Positions 57,297 to 64,000 of a stretch of DNA of 64,000 nucleotides are shown piece by piece. How positions within the stretch are numbered: the first letter of the stretch is position 1; each line of letters starts with the position of its first letter. The notes below the pieces were generated by a model, which saw only the letters and a list, made by a program, of their open reading frames with translations, was not told the origin of the DNA and did not search any database. Position numbers and translations under genes: made by a program. Origin of the DNA: Candidatus Woesebacteria bacterium (GTDB lineage Bacteria; Patescibacteriota; Microgenomatia; Woykebacterales; 2-01-FULL-43-14); NCBI GenBank assembly GCA_020060105.1, contig JAGVAV010000023.1, positions 14,905-78,904 of the forward strand, given 5' to 3'.

Positions 57297-58763
57297 GTGC
57301 CTTACCGTGTTGACCAGTACAAACCGCAGATTCTCTGGCTGCCGGGAAATCCCCGTTATCAGCCCAAAGCTTTGGAGAAGCACTTTGGCTACGATAACCT
57401 TTACCGGGGAGTCGCCGAAGTCGAAGTGGCCAACCTCCTAACTTTGGCTGAAGTCGGCCTCATCGGAGAAGAGGAAATTAATCTTCTGACCCCTGAGGTG
57501 TTTCAAACTTTGCTGGATATCCCTACCACCGCCGTTGACGAGGTGGAAAAAAGCCTGACTCACCATGACATTCGCGCCTTTGTTCTAATCGGCCGGCAAA
57601 TCCTTGATCCTCGGTTGGCCCGTTGGCTACACCTTCTCTTAACCAGTTACGACGCTCTTGACACTGGACGGATCTTGCAGTTTTCACGAGCCTATCAACA
57701 CACCCTCAAACCGAAAATCAAGGAAGTCTGTTCCTTGATGGCTGAACTGGTGCCTAAGTTCGCTTATCAGCGGCAAATCGGACGAACTCACGGCCAAGCC
57801 GCTTTGCCCATCACCGTCGGCTTTTGGCTGGCCACGATCCTTCACCGAATTCTTTACAACGCCGAGAAAATGGAGGAGTTTTCCCAGCAGCTGGTAGGGA
57901 AGATTTCCGGAGCGGTCGGCGCTTATAACGCTCAGGTTGGGTTAGGAGTCGACTCCCTTTGTAAGGATAAGCCTTACGAAGTCCGAGTTTTGGAAAAAAT
58001 CGGCCTTAAGCCGGCCCGGATCAGTACTCAGATTTTGCCTCCTGAACCCCTGACGTACTTTTTATTTGCCTGCACCATGCTCTCCGCGGCCTTGGCTCAA
58101 TTCGGCCGAGACGCCCGACAGCTGATGCGCACTGAAATCGCCGAGTTTTCCGAACCTTTCGGCTCAACTCAAGTCGGCTCTTCCACCATGGCCCAAAAAC
58201 GTAACCCAATCAACTTTGAAGGTCTGGAAGGGCATTACCTTCGGACTAAAAACGAGTTGGGAAAAGTCCTTGATACCTTGATCTCCGAACACCAACGAGA
58301 TCTAGTCGGCAGCTGCGTTTCCCGCGACTTTCCCGTCATCTTGGTCAATCTCCTGATCCAGTTAAATACCTTGACTAAGGAAGACCAGAAAACGAAAGAG
58401 CCGTTTCTCCGCCGGGTTCAGGTCAATCCGGAAGCCTGTCGGCTAAACCTCGAGCGAGTCGCCCCCACAGTTCTTGCCGAACCGCTTTATATCGCCCTCC
58501 AAATGGCCGGATACCAAGGCGACGCCCATGAGTTAATCAACCACCACCTGGTCCCGACGGCTGAAAGGCGAGGACAACTGCTTGTTGACGTCCTCGAAGA
58601 GTACCTCAAAGGATCTTCAGATGAGGAACTTCACACCGCCTTTAACAACATTCCTCAGGAGGTGAAAGAACTGCTTCGCCAACCCCAAAACTATCTTGGC
58701 GAGGCGCCCAAGAAAGCCTTGGAAATCGCCGCATGGGCCGAAGAAAGAGTAGCCCGCTACTAA
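57297..58763 (+). CDS. purB: Adenylosuccinate lyase
   Basis: THHD; LTSYD; GRTHGQ; GAVG; GSSTMAQKRNP; HQRDL. Confidence 0.9.
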   Translation: MPYRVDQYKPQILWLPGNPRYQPKALEKHFGYDNLYRGVAEVEVANLLTLAEVGLIGEEEINLLTPEVFQTLLDIPTTAVDEVEKSLTHHDIRAFVLIGRQILDPRLARWLHLLLTSYDALDTGRILQFSRAYQHTLKPKIKEVCSLMAELVPKFAYQRQIGRTHGQAALPITVGFWLATILHRILYNAEKMEEFSQQLVGKISGAVGAYNAQVGLGVDSLCKDKPYEVRVLEKIGLKPARISTQILPPEPLTYFLFACTMLSAALAQFGRDARQLMRTEIAEFSEPFGSTQVGSSTMAQKRNPINFEGLEGHYLRTKNELGKVLDTLISEHQRDLVGSCVSRDFPVILVNLLIQLNTLTKEDQKTKEPFLRRVQVNPEACRLNLERVAPTVLAEPLYIALQMAGYQGDAHELINHHLVPTAERRGQLLVDVLEEYLKGSSDEELHTAFNNIPQEVKELLRQPQNYLGEAPKKALEIAAWAEERVARY

Positions 58764-58779
58764 CCTTTGGAGGAAGAAA

Positions 58780-59298
58780 ATGGCCAATCAAGTTGAAGTG
58801 GTCATTGGCAGCAAAAGCGACAAGAAGGTTCTGGAAGAGTCCGGGCTCGCCGACCTTCTTAAAGCAGTGGAAGTCAGTTTCCGATTCTCGGTGATCTCCT
58901 GCCACCGCCACCCGGAAAATCTTCGTGTATTCTGCCAACAAGCTCTAAGCGAAGGGGAACCGATCTTTATCGCCGGAGCAGGCATGGCCGCCGCTCTGCC
59001 GGGAGCGATTGTTGCGGAGACAAAAGGACAGTGCTTGGTAATTGGCGTCGCCCTGGACTCAGGCTTCTTAAGCGGGCTTGACGCTCTACTTAGCCAAACT
59101 CGAACTCCGGCCGGCACCCCAGTCGTTTTCGCCGGAATCGGCAAAGTCGGGTTTTACAACGCTGGCCTGATCGCTTGCCGAGTACTCGCCCGTCAAGATT
59201 TTGTACTTTCCGGGCGTCTTCAAGTCATCCAGGCAAAGGCTTCTCAGGAGAACCCCCCGGAAATTGGCTACCTCAAATCAAAGGAGGAAAGGTCGTGA
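58780..59298 (+). CDS. purE: N5-CAIR mutase / AIR carboxylase
   Basis: GSKSD; ISCHR.P; IAGAGMAAALPG; GLDALLS. Confidence 0.88.
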   Translation: MANQVEVVIGSKSDKKVLEESGLADLLKAVEVSFRFSVISCHRHPENLRVFCQQALSEGEPIFIAGAGMAAALPGAIVAETKGQCLVIGVALDSGFLSGLDALLSQTRTPAGTPVVFAGIGKVGFYNAGLIACRVLARQDFVLSGRLQVIQAKASQENPPEIGYLKSKEERS

Positions 59299-60125
59299 CA
59301 ACGCAAATCCAGCGCGGAAAAAAACTCGCTGAAGGGAAAACAAAAATCATCTGGTCAGTCCATGGCCAACTCGATCAAGTCATCATCGAAAGCAAAGACG
59401 ACATCACCGCCGGTGACGGAGCCAGACGCCACGTTTTGGAAAGCAAAGCCGTTCTGGCCAATACCACCACCTGCCGCATCTTCGAGTACCTAAACCGCCG
59501 CCACATCCCGACCCACTACATCGATCAGGTTGATGAGCGCTCCTTTTTGGCTTGGGGAGCGGCAATGATTCCCATCGAAGTGGTCATTCGGCAGATCGCC
59601 ACAGGTTCGGTCCTTAAACGCGAACCAGATCTTAAAGAAGGGCACTGCTTCGACTCTTTGAGAGTGGAATTTTTCGCCAAAGACGACGCCAATCACGACC
59701 CGTTGATGGTCCTGGATCCGGTAAGCGAAAGGGTCTTCTACTTTGAGGCCAAACGGCCTCTCGTGGAAGGCTTGATCAAAACCACCCCAACAGCCAACCT
59801 TGACTGGTTTCCCAGAAGGGACTGCCTAAAGTTGCCGGAAATGGCTAAGCGCGTCTTCGTACTGCTTGAAATAGCCTGGCGAGCCTTCGGGATCGTTTTG
59901 GTCGACCTAAAACTCGAATTTGGTCTCACCTTTGATGGAGAACTAGTCCTAGGCGATGTGATTGACAATGATTCCTGGCGGATCTGGCCAGAAGGCGATC
60001 CCACGAGAATGCTCGACAAACAGGTCTACCGAAATCTCACCGACGTCACTCCAGAAGCGCTGGCCCAGGTGAAAGAAAACTACGCCCTAGTCGCTCAACT
60101 TACCAGCCAGTTTGATCGGCTTTAA
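59295..60125 (+). CDS. purC: SAICAR synthetase
   Basis: EGKTK; KDDITAGDG; IPIEVV.R; LVDLKLEFG; DNDSWR.W; DKQVYR. Confidence 0.92.
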   Translation: MTTQIQRGKKLAEGKTKIIWSVHGQLDQVIIESKDDITAGDGARRHVLESKAVLANTTTCRIFEYLNRRHIPTHYIDQVDERSFLAWGAAMIPIEVVIRQIATGSVLKREPDLKEGHCFDSLRVEFFAKDDANHDPLMVLDPVSERVFYFEAKRPLVEGLIKTTPTANLDWFPRRDCLKLPEMAKRVFVLLEIAWRAFGIVLVDLKLEFGLTFDGELVLGDVIDNDSWRIWPEGDPTRMLDKQVYRNLTDVTPEALAQVKENYALVAQLTSQFDRL

Positions 60126-60161
60126 TCTATCTTATCGAAAGAGGAGGGAAGTCAGAAACAT

Positions 60162-60198
60162 AAAAGGCCTTTAGTAACCATTTACTAAAGGCCTTTTT
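60162..60198. terminator. Bidirectional terminator
   Basis: Perfect 16-bp stem AAAAGGCCTTTAGTAA/TTACTAAAGGCCTTTT between convergent genes. Confidence 0.9.
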
Positions 60199-60204
60199 CT
60201 TTAA

Positions 60205-61599
60205 CTAGACTAGAACTTTCGTTTCTCCCTGACTTCGAAGATAGGCTTGCGGATCAGTCACGCTGTCGAGCAAACCTTTCACTCTCAACAGCGCGCTCCG
60301 GGAAATCTTCCCGGAACGAATCATCTCCTTCAGATCCGCCAAGCTCAGAGTGCAAGTGGCATAAAGCCTGGCGAGGTTCTCGTAAAACTCCTCAGGCGGC
60401 AACCTGGTCGGAAGCACGCTATGAAGAAAGTCAAAGACCTCGTAATCGTCGGTTGTCAGATGTGACCGCTGTCTTTCATAAAAGGCCGTTCCCGGCAAAG
60501 GGGTCAGAACCGTAAACTGGGGAAAATGAATATTATTGCTTCGCACATAATCCCCCAGCGCCTCGAAGTCCGGCCTTTTCCAGTCCGGATTAACGATGAA
60601 AGCCCCCCAGATTTCCACGCCGTATTCCTTTAGAATCGCCATACAGCTCTCATTGATCTTTACCGAACCTTTTTTATTTAGCCGACCAAGCTCCTCCTCC
60701 CGAAACTTCTCGAAGCCGACCAAAACCGTCGCCAGTCCTAAGTCCGCCCACTGCTTAATCACCTTCGGATTACGGACGATGCTGTCAGCGCGAGCCTGCA
60801 TCCAGTACCGAGCCTGATAACCTTCCTGATTGATCAGCTTGCCGATTTTCTCAGCTCGCCCAATATCGGTCAAGAAGTTATCATCGACAAAGCAAACGAT
60901 TCCCGCTTCCGGATCCAGGCCTTTTAATTCCTCCATTACCCGCTCCGGACTCTTGAAACGACACTTGCCCCGGTGAAACTTCCAAACCGCACAAAAATTA
61001 CAGCGGAACGGGCATCCCCGGGCCGTCTCCACCGAAGCGGGCTGATCCCAAAAGTGAAAATGGTAATGCCTCAGGTTCCGGGCCACCAGATCCCGCCTAG
61101 GAATCGGGGTCTCGTCTAGATTTTTAAGAAGAAGCCGTCGGGCACTCTGGACTTGCCTGCCTTCATTGCGATAGGCGATTCCTTTGACCCAAGCCCAGTC
61201 GACCCCTTTCTCCACGGCGGAAACGACATCGCCAATCGTTCCCTCACCTTCGCCAAGGGCGACCACGTCCACCCAATCACGGTCAAAATCCTCCGGGACG
61301 AGACTAGCGTGATAACCGCCGACGACTGTAACAATCTGAGGATCGATTGCCTTAACCGTCTGGCAAATTCGGTGCACCGAAGGAACGGCGGTGGTGTAAC
61401 CGCTAACTCCCACAATCAGCGGCTGAAAAGATTTGACTTCCGCCTCTAATCCTCCTTCCACCCGCAAATCCAAGATTTTCACCTCATGACCGTTCAAGCA
61501 AGCAGCGAGGGTCTCTAGCCCCAACGGCTCGGGACAAACGATCTCCCCAAAACCAACCATTCGACCGGGATTGCCCGGCTGAACCAATAAGATTCTCAC
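60205..61599 (-). CDS. B12-binding radical SAM protein
   Basis: EPLGL..GG.H..GEGE B12 domain; RGCPFRCNFC; DDNF; TPLPGT. Confidence 0.9.
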   Translation of the reverse strand: MRILLVQPGNPGRMVGFGEIVCPEPLGLETLAACLNGHEVKILDLRVEGGLEAEVKSFQPLIVGVSGYTTAVPSVHRICQTVKAIDPQIVTVVGGYHASLVPEDFDRDWVDVVALGEGEGTIGDVVSAVEKGVDWAWVKGIAYRNEGRQVQSARRLLLKNLDETPIPRRDLVARNLRHYHFHFWDQPASVETARGCPFRCNFCAVWKFHRGKCRFKSPERVMEELKGLDPEAGIVCFVDDNFLTDIGRAEKIGKLINQEGYQARYWMQARADSIVRNPKVIKQWADLGLATVLVGFEKFREEELGRLNKKGSVKINESCMAILKEYGVEIWGAFIVNPDWKRPDFEALGDYVRSNNIHFPQFTVLTPLPGTAFYERQRSHLTTDDYEVFDFLHSVLPTRLPPEEFYENLARLYATCTLSLADLKEMIRSGKISRSALLRVKGLLDSVTDPQAYLRSQGETKVLV

Positions 61600-61744
61600 C
61601 TTTTCTCTCCTTCCGATTCTCTTAGCGAATTACCTTAGCATTTTACTCCTCCCAAGCAAGATCCGCAAGCGCTCCTTTTAGCCTGTCAAGGGTTGCAATT
61701 TTGGCTTAGTTGGTTTATTATTAACGAAGGAAGCGAGCCAAAAT

Positions 61745-63772
61745 ATGAGCAAGAAAGCCTTGGCGATCTTTATCCTTATTCTTCTAACCGCAACTGTCCT
61801 GAGCTTGACAGTTTATTTCTGGTCCCGTTTATTGGTTTCCTCTCAACCTTCAACACCTCCGAAAACGCCTTCTGATCCCCCCGCCGCTAACCAAGCGGAA
61901 ATTTTAAAGTTTGACTCTGAAGAGGAATTTAAAGAATACTTAGCTCTCTCCGAAAAAACTTCTCCTTATCTTTCGGGAATATCGGTCTCCTCTCTGCAAA
62001 CCTTTTCTGACGTTAGCACTAGAGACGTCGTCAATTTTTCCGCCCCAGAAACCGGTTCTGCCAGCAAAACCGACACTCCTGAAAGAGTTTCGGGAACGAA
62101 TGTCCAAGTAACCGGAATTGACGAGCCAGACATCCTCAAAACCGATGGTAAGGAAATTTATTTTTCCTCCACTGCCTACTCAAATTATCGGTTGTCGGCT
62201 CGGACCGAAAGATCCTCCATCGCTCCTCCGGTAAAAGAAAGCGAGATCAAGCTTCTCAAAGCCTTCCCTCCCCCCAGCCTTAAAAAGGACGCCGCGATAG
62301 AAAAAAGCGGAAATCTTTTGTTAATTAAAAATACCTTAGTGGTTTTTGCCAGCGGGGAGAGGAAAATCTACGGTTACGACGTCTCCGATCCCACCGCCCC
62401 CAAAGAAAGCTGGGTCATCGACCTAAGTCTGACCGATCAAGATAATGACGGCAAGTCCAGCCAAAGTCAAATTACCAGCGCCAGGCTTTACCAAGATAAA
62501 ATTTATCTTATCACCCAAACTGATATTGATTATTCAAATCCTTGTCCCATTCGGCCAATGGTTGTGGAAGGATCTTCCCTAACCGTTCCTTGCGAGGATA
62601 TTTATCATCCCAAAACCAACATCTTAGTCGACCTCACCTATACCGCAAGCATCGTTGACCCTCAAACTGGCCAAGTGGAAAAAAGAGTTTCCTTTGTCGG
62701 TTCCTCAAGCTCTTCCGTCGTTTATATGTCCGAAGACGCTTTGTATCTGACTTACTTTTACCCGGGTGACTACATCAAGTTGATCCATAGTTTCTACCTT
62801 CAGAACAAAGATTTAATCTCTACAACCGCTCTCGAAAAGATGGAAAGACTTCAAACTTATGATCTGAGCAGTTACACCAAGTTGGTGGAGCTTCAAACAA
62901 TTTATGACCAGTATAAACTGTCCCTCAGCCGGGATGAGAAGCTTCGGGTTGAAAACGAAACCCAAGATCGGCTGGAAGATTATCTTAAAACTCACCAAAG
63001 AAGCCTGGAGAATACCGGAATCGTGAAAGTGGGCCTGGACGGATTCCAAGTTGAGGCGACCGGCATTATCCCGGGTAAGATTTTAAATCAATACTCCCTT
63101 GATCAGTATCAGGATCACCTGCGAATCGCCACCACCGTGGGCGAAAGCTGGTGGGGGAGAGGGGCTAGAGAGAGCGTTAATGACGTTTACGTTTTAAACC
63201 AAGGCTTGCAGGTGGTTGGCTCGATTCTTGACTTGGGTTTAAACGAAAGAATATACTCGGCCCGATTTGTTAAAGACAAAGGCTATCTGGTCACTTTTCG
63301 CCAAATTGATCCATTTTACGTTTTAGACTTGGCCGATCCCGCTAATCCCCAAAAAGTCGGGGAGTTAAAGATCCCTGGTTATTCTTCTTACCTGCACCCC
63401 ATCAATAAAGATAAGATCCTAGGGATTGGTAAAGAAGGAGCCAAGGTCAAAATTTCTCTCTTTGATGTCTCCTCGCCGGATAATCCTTTAGAGGCGGACA
63501 AGTACACTCTTGATGAATCTTGGTCGGAAATTTTAAACACTCAATACGCCTTTTTGCTCGACAGTAAGCATCAAGTCTTTTTCCTCCCCGGAAGTAAAGG
63601 AGGCTACATCTTTTCCTATCAAGGAGATGATTTAAAATTGGTTAAAGCGGTCAGCGACATCACTCCCCGCCGAGCGCTTTTTATCAACGACTATCTTTAC
63701 CTCATCGCCGACACTAAGCTGGTTGTTTTAAACGAAAAGGATTGGCAGAAAGTCAGCCAGCTAGAGTTTTAG
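61745..63772 (+). CDS. Secreted beta-propeller domain protein (Beta_propel-like)
   Basis: N-terminal TM; TNVQV.GIDEPDILKTDG; LNQYSLD; VTFRQIDP; GELKIPGYSSYLHP. Confidence 0.85.
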   Translation: MSKKALAIFILILLTATVLSLTVYFWSRLLVSSQPSTPPKTPSDPPAANQAEILKFDSEEEFKEYLALSEKTSPYLSGISVSSLQTFSDVSTRDVVNFSAPETGSASKTDTPERVSGTNVQVTGIDEPDILKTDGKEIYFSSTAYSNYRLSARTERSSIAPPVKESEIKLLKAFPPPSLKKDAAIEKSGNLLLIKNTLVVFASGERKIYGYDVSDPTAPKESWVIDLSLTDQDNDGKSSQSQITSARLYQDKIYLITQTDIDYSNPCPIRPMVVEGSSLTVPCEDIYHPKTNILVDLTYTASIVDPQTGQVEKRVSFVGSSSSSVVYMSEDALYLTYFYPGDYIKLIHSFYLQNKDLISTTALEKMERLQTYDLSSYTKLVELQTIYDQYKLSLSRDEKLRVENETQDRLEDYLKTHQRSLENTGIVKVGLDGFQVEATGIIPGKILNQYSLDQYQDHLRIATTVGESWWGRGARESVNDVYVLNQGLQVVGSILDLGLNERIYSARFVKDKGYLVTFRQIDPFYVLDLADPANPQKVGELKIPGYSSYLHPINKDKILGIGKEGAKVKISLFDVSSPDNPLEADKYTLDESWSEILNTQYAFLLDSKHQVFFLPGSKGGYIFSYQGDDLKLVKAVSDITPRRALFINDYLYLIADTKLVVLNEKDWQKVSQLEF

Positions 63773-63821
63773 TCGCCCCTTGACTCTTTATCGCAAGCAA
63801 CAGTTCCTCTAAAATTCGGCT

Positions 63822-64000
63822 ATGAATCTTTTATTTGTCGGAGACGTGATGCTGGGGCGGTTAGTCAACGATCTTCTAAAGCAGGTCCCGCCAGAATATC
63901 CTTGGGGGGACACTTTGCCTATTTTTCAAAAAGCCACTCTTCGAATCTGCAACCTGGAATGCGTCGTCTCCGACATTGGCCAACCTTGGTCGGTCACCCC
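63822..64000 (+). CDS. CapA/poly-gamma-glutamate-type metallophosphatase (3'-truncated)
   Basis: FVGDVMLGR..PWGD..CNLEC. Confidence 0.8.
   Translation, partial: MNLLFVGDVMLGRLVNDLLKQVPPEYPWGDTLPIFQKATLRICNLECVVSDIGQPWSVT

Overview
This is a gene-dense bacterial window. Gene content and repeat style suggest a Patescibacteria/CPR (Microgenomates-like) genome; that is an inference. No rRNA, intact tRNA, CRISPR array, integrase, transposase or reverse transcriptase was seen. Positions 1-13 kb are an accessory region, visibly AT-rich over the first ~8 kb: the 3' part of a type III restriction (Res) gene, then small cassette-like genes (PfkB, two GNATs, HAM1, DUF5674, kinase, GrpB, CYTH, DUF421), a ClpG/ClpK-like disaggregase and a HAD hydrolase. 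The region is punctuated by co-oriented copies of a ~24-35 bp palindromic repeat, AACCTAACACACCC-GGA-GGGTGTG(AAACC), and by two copies of a second bipartite repeat with an 11-nt variable spacer. A full copy and a half copy of the first repeat bracket a 319-aa gene (28.7-29.7 kb) whose 3' end resembles a DGR variable region, with no RT or TR in the window. The rest holds orphan single-gene units, general-stress genes, an ArsR-Trx-ArsP operon, a Zur-ZIP operon with operator, cdsA/CDP-alcohol transferase, a hydrolase::PurH chimera, metal transporters, purB-purE-purC, a B12 radical SAM gene, a beta-propeller protein and a partial CapA gene. Several genes are broken by single-base losses in homopolymer runs. 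All product calls come from motif recognition, not database searches.
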